DNA from: Candidatus Latescibacterota bacterium
Lineage (GTDB): Bacteria > Latescibacterota > UBA2968 > UBA8231
Direction: 5' to 3'
DNA length: 64,000 nucleotides
Assembly (NCBI GenBank): GCA_965215195.1
Contig: CBDCDC010000002.1
Location: 4,192,001-4,256,000 of the forward strand
The notes beneath the pieces are model-generated. The model was not told the origin of the DNA. It was given only the letters and a program-made list of their open reading frames with translations, and did no database searches. This document shows, piece by piece, positions 18,158-28,900 of the stretch. How positions within the stretch are numbered: position 1 is the stretch's first letter; the number at the start of each line of letters is the position of its first letter. Both the position numbers and the translations under genes were made by a program.

Positions 18158-19273
18158 ATGGCCCACGCCTATACCCCTGGACTGCGCGTGACGCAACACG
18201 CAGTCGTCCACAAAGAGCGGCGTTTGCCCCTCAAAGGCGAAGTTGTCGTCGAGCGCGGCCAAGCGGTGCGGCGAAACCAAGTCGTGGCCCGCACCGAACT
18301 GCCGGGCGAGGTGGCAATCCTCAACTTGGTAAACCGCTTGGGCATCTCGCCGCAAGAGTTATCCGGCTATATGCTCAAAAAAGAGGGCGACCGCGTCGAA
18401 GCCGGCGAGCCGCTCGCCGAGACCAAGCCCTTTATTCGGTGGTTCAAGACCACGGTCGAAGCCCCGGTCAGCGGCACGGTCGAGAGCATTTCGCCGGTTA
18501 CCGGGCAGGTGATGCTGCGCCAAGCCCCTAAGCCGGTCGAAGTGCTCGCTTACGTCGATGGGGTCGTCGAGGAAGTTTTTGCCGCGGAGGGCGTGCGCGT
18601 CGCAGCGCAAGGTGCGTATATCCAGGGCATTTTCGGCGTGGGGGGCGAGTGCTGGGGTGCGCTGCACTTGGCGGTTGCAGCCCCGGACGCCATTGCCGGG
18701 CCGCTGGGCCCGGAAGTGGCGGGCAAAATCGCGGTGGTCGGTAGCCTGATTAGCGCGGAGACCGTGGAACAGGCCCGGCAGGCCGGGGCCGTGGGGTTGA
18801 TCGGCGGCGGCCTGCGCGACCGCGACTTGCGCGACCTGCTCGGCCGCGATTTGGGCGTGGCCATCACCGGGACCGAGCAAATCGGCCTGACCGTGGTAGC
18901 TACCGAGGGCTTCGGCCGCGTCGCCATGGCCCGCAAGACCTTCGACATTCTGCGCGCCTGCGCCGGCATGGATGCGTCCATGGCCGGCGCGACCCAGATC
19001 CGCGCTGGCGTATTGCGGCCGGAGATCATCGTTCCCACAGCCGCTGACAAAGAGGAAGAAGAGGTGCGGCCGAGTGCGGGCGGGTTGCAGGTGGGCGATT
19101 TGTTGCGGGTGATTCGGATGCCCTATTTTGGGCGCATTGGGCGCGTCAGCGACTTGCCGACCGAATTGTGCGCGGTGGAATCTGGGGCGCGGGTGCGGGT
19201 CTTGGCCGTGGAGTTTGAAGACGGGGAGCAGGCGGTAGTGCCGCGGGCAAATGTGGAGCTGATTGAGGAATAA
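18158..19273 (+). CDS. Hypothetical protein with barrel-sandwich-hybrid-like motifs and C-terminal KOW-like domain
   Basis: GEVVVERGQAV, KKEGDRVEAGEPLA...VEAPVSGTV; LQVGDLLRVIRMPYFGRIGRV. Confidence 0.75.
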   Translation: MAHAYTPGLRVTQHAVVHKERRLPLKGEVVVERGQAVRRNQVVARTELPGEVAILNLVNRLGISPQELSGYMLKKEGDRVEAGEPLAETKPFIRWFKTTVEAPVSGTVESISPVTGQVMLRQAPKPVEVLAYVDGVVEEVFAAEGVRVAAQGAYIQGIFGVGGECWGALHLAVAAPDAIAGPLGPEVAGKIAVVGSLISAETVEQARQAGAVGLIGGGLRDRDLRDLLGRDLGVAITGTEQIGLTVVATEGFGRVAMARKTFDILRACAGMDASMAGATQIRAGVLRPEIIVPTAADKEEEEVRPSAGGLQVGDLLRVIRMPYFGRIGRVSDLPTELCAVESGARVRVLAVEFEDGEQAVVPRANVELIEE

Positions 19274-19277
19274 AGGT

Positions 19278-20522
19278 ATGAGAGCAAAAAGCTGGCTGGC
19301 TGCATTCGTCTTGGCTTGGCCGTTGGCGAGCGCGGCGGAGAATGCGGAACAGGGGCTTGGCGCGTTGCTGGCACCCCCTAGGCCGCCGATTGAGGTGCAA
19401 GCCTTTGACACGCCCAATGACGACGGGGGCAGCATTACGCTGACTTGGCCGCGAGATCGTCAGATCAGTGAAAATGCGATGTATCAGGTCGCCATTGCCG
19501 ACTCGCCCAGCGGGCCTTTTCGCGTCGCGGCCGAGGTTGCGGCAACGGAGAATTTGATGTCCGAGGCACCGGCCCTCTTTGGGCACGGGGATGATCTGGA
19601 GAATCACCACTATGTCAACGTTGAGGAATTCGCCGGCGCGAGCGGCAAGGTGCCGTTAGAAGACGGCAAGACGTATTACTTTCACGTGGATGTGCGGTCG
19701 GCCGGGGGCGCGATCCGCGGCAAGGTGATCGTCAACGCCGAGTCGGCCGGCAATTTTTTTAATCGCGCCAAGACCAACAATCTGATGTTGTGCCTCGTGT
19801 TTTCAGGGCTAATCATGGGCTACATTGGCATCGCACGGCGGCGCGCGCTCAAAATTCGCCGCATCGCCGGACTAGAGGCGCTCGACGAGGCGCTGGGGCG
19901 GGCGACCGAGATGGGCAAGCCGGTGCTCTTCATCCACGGCCTGCGCGGCATGGACTCGATATCGACTATTGCCGCGGTCAATATCTTGGGCCGGGTCGCG
20001 CGGCGCACGGCCGAGTACGAGACCGCGCTGCGGGTGGTGGCCCCAGACCCGGTGGTCATGTCCGTGAGTCAGGAGACGATGAAGGCATCTTATGTGGAGG
20101 CCGGCCGGCCCCACGACTTCAACCCGGAGCACGTGTTCGTCGCTAGTACCGATCAGTTCAGCTATGCGGCGGCGGTTGAAGGCATCATGGTGCGCGAGCG
20201 GCCGGCGGCTCACATTATGATGGGGTACTTCTACGCTGAGTCCCTGCTGTTGGCCGAGACGGGTTCGACGACCGGGGCGATCCAGATCGCCGGTACGGAC
20301 GCCTTCACCCAACTGCCTTTTTTTATTACGACTTGCGATTATACCCTACTCGGCGAAGAGCTGTACGCGGCCAGTGCCTATCTGTCGGGTGAGCCGCGAA
20401 TGCTGGGCACGCTCAAGGGCCAGGACATGAGCAAGGCCATTATTTTGATCGTTTTGGTGGTGGGCACGATCTTAGCGACATTGGGGATGCCGCAATTCGC
20501 ACACGTGTTCGCCCCGTACTGA
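19278..20522 (+). CDS. Membrane protein: signal peptide, FnIII-like domain, DUF6754-like domain
   Basis: AFDTPNDDGGSITLTW; IRRIAGLEALDEALGRATEMGKPVLF; QLPFFITTCDYTLLGEELYAASAYLS; C-terminal TM. Confidence 0.75.
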   Translation: MRAKSWLAAFVLAWPLASAAENAEQGLGALLAPPRPPIEVQAFDTPNDDGGSITLTWPRDRQISENAMYQVAIADSPSGPFRVAAEVAATENLMSEAPALFGHGDDLENHHYVNVEEFAGASGKVPLEDGKTYYFHVDVRSAGGAIRGKVIVNAESAGNFFNRAKTNNLMLCLVFSGLIMGYIGIARRRALKIRRIAGLEALDEALGRATEMGKPVLFIHGLRGMDSISTIAAVNILGRVARRTAEYETALRVVAPDPVVMSVSQETMKASYVEAGRPHDFNPEHVFVASTDQFSYAAAVEGIMVRERPAAHIMMGYFYAESLLLAETGSTTGAIQIAGTDAFTQLPFFITTCDYTLLGEELYAASAYLSGEPRMLGTLKGQDMSKAIILIVLVVGTILATLGMPQFAHVFAPY

Positions 20523-20531
20523 GGAGATGCC

Positions 20532-21188
20532 ATGTTGTTTTTCAGCCGCACCCTACCACTGGCTGTCGCCTTTGTCTTTGGTTTGCTGGGCATTGCCATT
20601 TACTACATACCGCACAGCTATGCCCAGAGCTTTGAGCGGGAGATGTCGCTGTGGGTGCGGATCATTTTTGCTTTTTCCTACCTCCTCGGGCTGTACAGCT
20701 TACTCAACCTGCACTGGCAGCGCATCCGCCAGCAGGTCGCCGGCTGGGGGTATAGCTTCGTGGCGATTGTCAGCTTTGCGGTGATGATGGTCTTCGTGGC
20801 GTACAACGACGGGGCCGGTCCGTTTGCTCCGCAAGCCGGAGCCGGGGCCTACAAGTGGATGTTCGACTACATTCACTTCCCCTGCGCCGCCACCATGTTC
20901 TCGATCTTGGCCTTCTTCATTGCGTCGGCGGCCTACCGGACCTTCCGCGCCCGTACGCCCGAAGCCGCCTTGTTGCTCGTCGCCGCCGTGATCGTCATGT
21001 TGGGCCGGGTGCCCATTGGCCGGGAGATCTCCGAGTATTTTCCGCTGGTGAGCGAGTGGCTGATGAGCGTACCGAATTTAGCAGCCAAGCGCGGCATCCT
21101 GCTTGGGGTATCCCTAGGGGCCATTGCAACCTCGCTGCGGATCATCTTCGGTATTGAGCGTTCGTACTTGGGAGGGGGAGACAAGTGA
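20532..21188 (+). CDS. Hypothetical polytopic membrane protein
   Basis: ~6 hydrophobic helices; ATMFSILAFFIASAAYRTFRART; GIERSYLGG. Confidence 0.78.
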   Translation: MLFFSRTLPLAVAFVFGLLGIAIYYIPHSYAQSFEREMSLWVRIIFAFSYLLGLYSLLNLHWQRIRQQVAGWGYSFVAIVSFAVMMVFVAYNDGAGPFAPQAGAGAYKWMFDYIHFPCAATMFSILAFFIASAAYRTFRARTPEAALLLVAAVIVMLGRVPIGREISEYFPLVSEWLMSVPNLAAKRGILLGVSLGAIATSLRIIFGIERSYLGGGDK

Positions 21189-22003
21189 TGCAGATAGATC
21201 GCCGCATCCTCTTCGCCTTGATGTTTCTCGGAGTGGCCGTGCCGCTCTTGGTGGGGCTAGACCTGCCGATCACGCCGTCCAAGCGGGTGAGAGCGGCTTA
21301 CGACCGGATTGAGCAACTTGCCGCCGGGCAGGTCGTCTTAGTCTCCTTCTCCTACGGCGCCAGTACAGCTCCTGAGATGCAGCCCATGGCGCGGGCGATT
21401 TTGCGCCACGCCTTCCGCCGCGACCTCAAGGTGGTTGCCATTTGCCTGTGGCCGGAAGCGACCGGCTTGGCCCAGGAGGTGCTCGACGAGATGGCGGCTG
21501 AATTCGACTTGGAGTACGGGGTGGATTACACCTTTATGGGCTACAAGCCGGGCAATTTTAGCGTCATTCTCAATATGGGGCACGACATGCACGGCACCTT
21601 TCCACAGGACAATTGGGGCGCCGGTGTTGGCACTTTGGAATTGATGCGGAATTTGCGCTCGCTGAGGGATTTCGATCTCGTCTTTGACTTGGGGGCCGGA
21701 GATTCGATTGAGTTTTGGTGGATTCCCTACGGGCAGGAGAAATACGGCTTTCCCTTTGCCGCCGGCTGCACCGCGGTGATGGCCCCGGATCTCTACCCCT
21801 TCCTCGGCTCGGGCCAACTCGTGGGTCTGCTCGGGGGCTTGGCCGGTGCAGCCGACTACGAGGTCCTGATTGATCACCGCGATGAGGCGAACAAGAGCAT
21901 GTCTCCCCAGTCGGTGACGCACTTGATCATTGTCGTCTTCGTGATTTTTGGCAATATCGCCTACTTCGTCGGTCGGCGGGGCCGATCGCAGCAGGAGAGC
22001 TAA
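21185..22003 (+). CDS. Hypothetical membrane-anchored alpha/beta domain protein
   Basis: N- and C-terminal TM; GCTAVMAPDLYPFLGSGQLVGLLGGLAGAADYE; GTGATG start/stop overlap. Confidence 0.78.
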   Translation: MMQIDRRILFALMFLGVAVPLLVGLDLPITPSKRVRAAYDRIEQLAAGQVVLVSFSYGASTAPEMQPMARAILRHAFRRDLKVVAICLWPEATGLAQEVLDEMAAEFDLEYGVDYTFMGYKPGNFSVILNMGHDMHGTFPQDNWGAGVGTLELMRNLRSLRDFDLVFDLGAGDSIEFWWIPYGQEKYGFPFAAGCTAVMAPDLYPFLGSGQLVGLLGGLAGAADYEVLIDHRDEANKSMSPQSVTHLIIVVFVIFGNIAYFVGRRGRSQQES

Positions 22004-22006
22004 GCC

Positions 22007-22720
22007 GTGCGCGATACCTATATCTTTCTGGGTTTGCTCCTGCTGTTTGCGGCCGTCAACATCGGCTTAGTGGCCAGCGGCACCTTGGCGGCGGATTGGA
22101 CGGGTTTCGGCGTCATCGTCGCCGCGGGAATGACCTTGGCGCTCTACAGCTTCCTCTACAAGGACAACCCGCTCTTCAAATTTGCCGAGCACGTCTTCGT
22201 CGGCGTGGCAGCGGCCTACGTATTCGGCCAGTACTGGTATCCGACGCTTTACGGCGAGCTCATCGCCGAATGGACCGATCCGGGGGAAGGGGAGTCGCCC
22301 GATTGGTGGCTGTTGGCCCCGACGGCGCTCGGGCTTTTGATGTTGACGCGCTTTTCGCTGCGCTTTGGTTGGCTCAGCCGCTATGCTTTTGCATTTTTCG
22401 TGGGGTTGAGTGCCGGCCTGACGATTCCCCGCTATATTTCTTCTTTTATTTTGGCCCAAGTTGAACCTACATTACAACCACTAACTGGGAGCTGGGAGGG
22501 ACTCAATTTGCTGATCGTCCTAGTGGGGGTCGTCGGGGTGTTGGTTTATTTCTTCTTTTCCGTTGAGCACACTGGCGCGGCCGGCCACATCTCCAAGGTG
22601 GGGATATGGTTTTTGATGGTCTCGTTTGGGGCTTCGTTTGGTTACACTATTATGGCGAGGGTCTCGCTGTTGATCGGGCGCGCGACCTTTCTCTTAGAAG
22701 ATTGGCTGCACCTGATGTAG
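22007..22720 (+). CDS. Hypothetical polytopic membrane protein
   Basis: YSFLYKDNPLFKFAEHVFVG, YFFFSVEH, FGASFGYTIMAR; ~7 TM. Confidence 0.78.
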   Translation: MRDTYIFLGLLLLFAAVNIGLVASGTLAADWTGFGVIVAAGMTLALYSFLYKDNPLFKFAEHVFVGVAAAYVFGQYWYPTLYGELIAEWTDPGEGESPDWWLLAPTALGLLMLTRFSLRFGWLSRYAFAFFVGLSAGLTIPRYISSFILAQVEPTLQPLTGSWEGLNLLIVLVGVVGVLVYFFFSVEHTGAAGHISKVGIWFLMVSFGASFGYTIMARVSLLIGRATFLLEDWLHLM

Positions 22721-22754
22721 CGATATTGAGAACTACCCTACAAAGGAGGGATAT

Positions 22755-25700
22755 ATGACCAAGTTTGCAGGCGTTTTTCGCGCCCTGATTGCACTTGGCG
22801 TCTTGCTCGCGCTGAGCTTGGCTCCGGCCGAGGCCAGCACCGGCGGCAAGATCGCCGGTGTAGTAAAGGATGCCACCACCGGGGATGGGCTGCCCCATGC
22901 CAATGTCGTGGTGGTGGATGCCAAGCTGGGGACCACGGCGGACGAAAGGGGCCGCTTTTTTATTCTCAACGTGCCGGCGGGCACCTACACCCTCAAGGTC
23001 ACGTATATCGGCTACGCGGATTATACGGTCGAGGATGTGCGGGTTTCCGCCGACCTGACCACGAATCTCGACATCGACCTGACTTCTTCGGATATCCAAG
23101 TCGAGGAGGTGATAATTCGCGCCGAGCGGCCTATTATCGACAAGACCGCCACGAATGCGGTGCGCATTGTCGGGGCCGAGGACATAGAGATTCTGCCGTT
23201 CAGAGGCGTTGGCCAAGTCTTGTCCCTGCAGGCTGGCGTGGTCGAAGACGAGGGTGCGCTGCACATCCGCGGCTCGCGCAGCGACGAAATTGGCTATTAC
23301 GTTGATGGGGCCAGCGTCCGCAACATAATCACCGGCAGCAGTGCTGTGGCCCTGATCGACGAAGCCCTAGAGGAAATTCAGCTACAGGCCGGCGGCTTCA
23401 ACGCCGAGTACGGCGGGGCCAACGCCGGCATCGTCTTGCAGGAACTGCGCACCGGAGGCAGCGATTGGGACTTCAAGGTCGTCGCCGAGTCGGACAATTT
23501 CACTTCCGACTTTGAGGAGCGCTTCGGCTCGTACTCATACGGCTATTCCAACCAAGTGGTCACGGCCGGCGGCCCGGTCGCGGGCAACCAAAATATCCGC
23601 GCCTTTCTCGCCGGTCAGCGGTTGAGCCGGGACTACCGACCGACCTTCTGGTCGGGGTTTGAGTTCGAGGATCTGGTCGATACGGGCAACCGCCAAGGCC
23701 GCGTACATTGGGAAAAGGACGAGGAGGGCAATCCCATCCCAGACGCGGTCGAGCGGCTGGAAGTGAAACCGGGCAATATCCCGCACACCGGCAGCGAGTT
23801 CCTCGGCTTTAACAGCACCCTGCACTTCAACTACAATCCCATCCAGTTCCGGGTCACGGGCCTGCACTCCACCGGGGACCGCGATCTCAACATCAATCCC
23901 ATCAAAAACATCCTCAATCAAGAACGCCTCAACGAGCAGACGTACTCTTCGAGCTTGGTCAACGTAAAGGCCATCCACTTGCTCGACCCGAGCCTGTTCT
24001 ACGAAATGAACGTCAGCTTCTACGGTCAGGGGCGCGAGAGTTTCGACGGGGTGTTCAAAGAGCGTTGGTGGGTTTACAACGACAGCGTGGCCGTCCAGCG
24101 CGCCTTGGAAGGCGGCCTGGAGTACACCCCTTATACGGCCAACGGATCGATACCCGAGCCTTACGACCTGAGCGGGTTTCCGTTCAACCGCCCGGGGTCG
24201 CCTACCAATTCTGCGTCCGGGAACAGCACGGGCGCTTGGTACGCCAAGGAAGAGGATCGCTATTGGGGCTTGGCCGGCAGCATTACCAAGCAGACCGCGG
24301 TCCATCAACTCAAGGCCGGCTTTGACTACCAGATGTGGACGTCGCGCCGCTACGCCATCTTCAACGGATCCATTCGCTCGCGTATCGCAGCGACATATCC
24401 CAAGCTAGACGAAGTGTATCAGCGGTACTACAGCGACGCGCTCAACGAGGGCGAAATTCTCGACGAGCTGATCGAGACTGCCAAGGGCCTGCCCGATGAC
24501 GAAGGTAGCCTCGAGGACCTCAAGAAGTCCCTACGCCTCAGTTCTGGCGACTTCTATGGCTACGACGAATTCGGCCGCTCCATCGACTCGTCGGACGACC
24601 CGCTGCAAGACCCGCGCAAGCCCGTGGTCGGCTCGGCCTACGTCCAAGACAAGATCGAATACAACGATCTGATCATCAACGCCGGGCTGCGCTTGGATTA
24701 CTTTGATGCGGCGAGTTGGCGCTTTGTCGATCAATCGGCGCCGAAGATAGACAAAGACGCACGCACCATAGTAATCGCAGACACGACCGGCACGTACATG
24801 GAGAAGACGCCTACATACGCGGAGATCAGCCCGCGCTTGGGCTTTTCGTTCCCGGTGTCGGACCTGACGGTCTTCCACGTGCAGTACGGGCGCTTCTCGC
24901 AGATGCCGCGGATGCGCGATATGTTCACCGGCGGTGCGCGGCTGGCCATCGAGTTGGGTGGGCAAAACTTCATTCCCACGCCCACGGCCTTTGACGTCGA
25001 GCCGGTGCGCACGACCCAATACGAGATCGGCTTTGAGCGTCAGTTCGCCGATTTTGCCTCGTTTGACGTGACGAGTTTTTACCGCGACATCAAGGGCCAG
25101 CTCCAGATCAGGCGTCAAGATGTGTCGGCCGGGAACGCCGGTTCGTTTACGTACTTGCAGAACGGCGATTTCGCCACGACCAAGGGCATTGAGTTCCAGT
25201 TCAAGGTGCGGCGGTTCAACCGCTTGCAGGCCGAGTTGAACTACACGCTGTCCGACGCACGCGGCACGGGTTCGACCCTGATATCGGCGCAGTCGGGCGT
25301 GGAGAACGACACCACCGTGCCGACGATCATCTCCCCGCTCGACTTCAACCAGACGCACCGCGGCTCTTTGTTCTTGGACTACCGCTTTGCCGACAACGAG
25401 GCGAACCCGCTTCTCCGCAGCTTGGGGGCCAACCTGTTAGCGCGCTTTGCCAGCGGCTACAGCTTCACGCTGGTGGAGGGTTCCATCGGCCAGCGCGGGC
25501 CGGAAGAAGGCGGCATCCTCGCCAGCGACGACCCGCGCTCGCGCAAGCCGGTTGAGTCCATCAATCGCTCTTCGACGCCCTGGACTTTTCAGACGGACTT
25601 GCGGATTGACAAGGGCTTTTCGCTCATGGGGGTCAATGCCCAGATTTACACGTACGTGCAGAACCTGTTCAACCGCCAGAACGTAATTAACGTGTACGGC

Positions 25701-25904
25701 CGGACCGGCAACGACAAGGACGACGGCTTTTTGACGAACCCGGACTTGAGCCAGCAGATCGTCGAGGCCAGCGGCGGTTGGGAGTACCAGCAGCTCTACG
25801 AGGCGATCAACTTGCTCAACCGCCAGCACTACTGGTCCACCGAGGGCGGCGACATCTACGACTCACCGCGGCAGATCCGCTTCGGGCTACAATTCGACTT
25901 CTAG
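22755..25904 (+). CDS. TonB-dependent receptor with N-terminal carboxypeptidase-regulatory-like domain
   Basis: GKIAGVVKDATTGDGLPHANV, HIRGSRSDEIGYYVDG, GGFNAEYG, SPRLGFSFP, C-terminal PRQIRFGLQFDF. Confidence 0.92.
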   Translation: MTKFAGVFRALIALGVLLALSLAPAEASTGGKIAGVVKDATTGDGLPHANVVVVDAKLGTTADERGRFFILNVPAGTYTLKVTYIGYADYTVEDVRVSADLTTNLDIDLTSSDIQVEEVIIRAERPIIDKTATNAVRIVGAEDIEILPFRGVGQVLSLQAGVVEDEGALHIRGSRSDEIGYYVDGASVRNIITGSSAVALIDEALEEIQLQAGGFNAEYGGANAGIVLQELRTGGSDWDFKVVAESDNFTSDFEERFGSYSYGYSNQVVTAGGPVAGNQNIRAFLAGQRLSRDYRPTFWSGFEFEDLVDTGNRQGRVHWEKDEEGNPIPDAVERLEVKPGNIPHTGSEFLGFNSTLHFNYNPIQFRVTGLHSTGDRDLNINPIKNILNQERLNEQTYSSSLVNVKAIHLLDPSLFYEMNVSFYGQGRESFDGVFKERWWVYNDSVAVQRALEGGLEYTPYTANGSIPEPYDLSGFPFNRPGSPTNSASGNSTGAWYAKEEDRYWGLAGSITKQTAVHQLKAGFDYQMWTSRRYAIFNGSIRSRIAATYPKLDEVYQRYYSDALNEGEILDELIETAKGLPDDEGSLEDLKKSLRLSSGDFYGYDEFGRSIDSSDDPLQDPRKPVVGSAYVQDKIEYNDLIINAGLRLDYFDAASWRFVDQSAPKIDKDARTIVIADTTGTYMEKTPTYAEISPRLGFSFPVSDLTVFHVQYGRFSQMPRMRDMFTGGARLAIELGGQNFIPTPTAFDVEPVRTTQYEIGFERQFADFASFDVTSFYRDIKGQLQIRRQDVSAGNAGSFTYLQNGDFATTKGIEFQFKVRRFNRLQAELNYTLSDARGTGSTLISAQSGVENDTTVPTIISPLDFNQTHRGSLFLDYRFADNEANPLLRSLGANLLARFASGYSFTLVEGSIGQRGPEEGGILASDDPRSRKPVESINRSSTPWTFQTDLRIDKGFSLMGVNAQIYTYVQNLFNRQNVINVYGRTGNDKDDGFLTNPDLSQQIVEASGGWEYQQLYEAINLLNRQHYWSTEGGDIYDSPRQIRFGLQFDF

Positions 25905-25929
25905 CCGCTTAAAAGCGAGGAAGCACACC

Positions 25930-28900
25930 ATGCGAAAACTCATTTTTGGATATATAGCTGCGGCTGGGCTGGCAATCGGCCCGGCCGAGGCGCGCGAGCC
26001 GTTCTACGGCCGTGCAGCCAAATCCCTCCAAGAGGAGGCCGTTGAGATCTCGACCGATCGGACGATGCTCAACATCAACAACATGGCGATGTGGATTCTG
26101 AGCGATGGCGAGTCGGCTCACAACCCGATCAGCGGTAGCGCGGGCGTGACTTTTCCGCGCTCGACCGACCAAGTCATCTTTCAGGACGGACTGATTTGGG
26201 GCGGGCGGGTCATTGACGGCAACCCGCAGGAGTTGCGAGTCGGCGGCCAGACTTATGCCGTTGGCACGGTCCCGGGTGTCATTGAGTCGAGGGGGGTGGC
26301 CCAAGACCGCGATACAGCGCGCCTGTACCGAATTCGTCGCGACTATGCGACCGCTGATTTGCGGCTCGACGCCTCCGAGATCCTCAACAAGCGCCTGAGC
26401 GAAGTCACCGACGCCGATGAGGAGGCCGTGCGCACCCAATACGAGCGCGACTGGATGGAGTGGCCAGCCGAGTTGGGCGCGCCCTTTTACGATAACGACG
26501 GAAACGGGCAGTACGACCCCGCAGTTGACGAGCCGGGGCTGGCCAATGCCGACCAAGTGATCTGGTTAGCCATCAACGACTTGGACCCAGGGGCTGTCGC
26601 CAGTCTCTATGGCTCCTTACCGATTGGCATGGAGACGCAGGTGACGCTGTGGGGTTACGCCCGCACGGACGCGCTGGGCGACGCGATTTTCAAGAAGTAC
26701 AAGGTCATTTACAAGGGCACCGAGAGCACGCCGGACACGGCGCGCATTGAGGACATGTACTTGGCCCAATGGTCCGATCCCGACTTGGGCGACTTTGGCG
26801 ACGACTTTGCCGGCGCCGATGTCGATCTGAGCTTGGGCTACGTCTACAACTCGATTGACGACGACTCGCACTACGTGAATTTTGAATTGGCCCCGCCGGC
26901 CGCGGGCTACGATTTTTTGCAAGGCCCAGTCGTGCCGGTGTACCTACTCGACGAGGAGGGTAATGTCGCCGTAGATGAGGAAGGCAACTCCCTGCTCGAC
27001 GAGAGCTCGGTGGCGATCTTCAACGACGGCATGAGGCCCGGTTACAAGAACTTGCCGATGACCGCTTTCGTGTACTTCGCGGCTGGTTCGTCGATTAGTG
27101 ACCCGGACTTGAACGAGTACGACGGCACCTTGCAGTGGTACAACCTGCTGCAAGGCTTCCAGCCGCAGGCCGACATTGAAAATCCCGTGCCCTACACCAA
27201 TCCCCTGACCAACGAGGATACCAAGTTCACGCTCGACGGCGACCCAACGCGGGCCACTGGCTGGAACGACGGAATCCCATTGCCGGCCGGCGATCGGCGC
27301 ATCGTAATGGCGACCGGCCCGTTTGAGATGGCATTGGGTGACACGCAAGAAGTGGTGGTCGCACTCTTGGGCGCGAGCAGCACCGACCGCTTGCGCAGCG
27401 TCTCCAAGCTCAAGTTTACCGACCAGTTCGTGCAGGACGCGTACAACAGCTTCTTTCAGGTTCCCAAGCCGCCGGTCCGGCCCAATGTTCGCCTAATTGA
27501 GCTGGATCAGACCATCGTACTCAACTGGGGTTGGGACCCAGAGTCGGTGTCTAAGACCGAAGGCGTGGGTTCGCCCGGTTTTGATTTTGAAGGCTATAAC
27601 GTCTATCAATTGCCTTCAGCCGAGGCCACGCTGAGCCAAGGCACTAGGGTCGCCACTTTTGATTTAGTCAACGGCGTGACGACCATATTGGGGATCGCTC
27701 TCGACGAGCAGTCCGGCGTGGTGCTGGACGTGCCTTTGCAGATCGGCAATGACAGCGGCCTCCAGCGCTATATCGCCCTGAGCCACGACGCGTTGCGCGG
27801 CGGCCCGCTGGTCAACGGCCAGCAGTACTATTTCACAGTGACCGCCTACAACCGCGCCACTTCGGAAGATGCGGCCACGACCACCACCCTAGAAAGCAGC
27901 CCGCAGACCATCACTTGTGTGCCGCAAATCGCGCCGCCGGGTATCACGCGCACCCATGAGGACCCCGGGGATACGCTGTCTGTCGAACACACCAAGGGCA
28001 TCGGCGACGCCAGCGTATGGCCGCTGGTGATCGATCCTACGGCCCTGCAGCAGGCCACCTACAAGGTCACCTTCAACGACGACGCGACTTGGAGTCTGTC
28101 GCGGGACGGGGAGAGGATAGTCGACCGGGAGAGCAACATTTCCCTCGACGAGAGCTATCCCATCGTCGAAGGCCTCCAAGTGAAGGTGGGCGATCTGGTC
28201 TTCACCCATCCGACGACCTACATCCGTTCCAAAGTGACCAACGACGCCAACTTAGACGATGGCCCCCTCAGCCTTTGGGGCGACGGTACGCTCTTCGGCT
28301 TTGCCGACGGCTATGGCTCAACTTTCTGGGACGGCGGCGGCGCTGGGGACAATCGGCTGGTGCGCGATATTGAGTTCCGCTTCACCGGCGTGTGGAACGC
28401 CGATTCGACCGCAATTGCCGAGGGCGGCTCAATTGCGACCCTCGGTGGCGTCAGTGCCGGCAGCGGCGAGCGCGACATCGCGGCGCATCCCTTCAAGCCC
28501 GCCGAGGTGTCGGATTCGACCGGTGCCTTCCTCCAGCGCGTGCCCTTTGAGGTTTGGGACGTGGAGGATCCGGACAATCCGCGCCAGTTGAACGCCGTGT
28601 TTTACGACCGCGGTGCCGACGGGTCCAGAGACGAAGGCAGCGTTGTCTATCACCAGACTTACAACATGCCGGGTCGCGACTATATCACCATCGTCCACAC
28701 CGACTACGATCCGACCAAGATCCACGAGTTGACGGACGAGAACACCACGTGGGTTTACTTCTTCACGCAGGGAGGTTCTTCGGTCTGGTCGACGGGCGAC
28801 GTACTAAGGATTACCATCGGCAATACCGTAGTGGCCGGTGAGGACGAGTTTGAGTTCAAGGTGACGGCCGAGACGTACTCCGAAGCCTTGGCCAAGGAAA

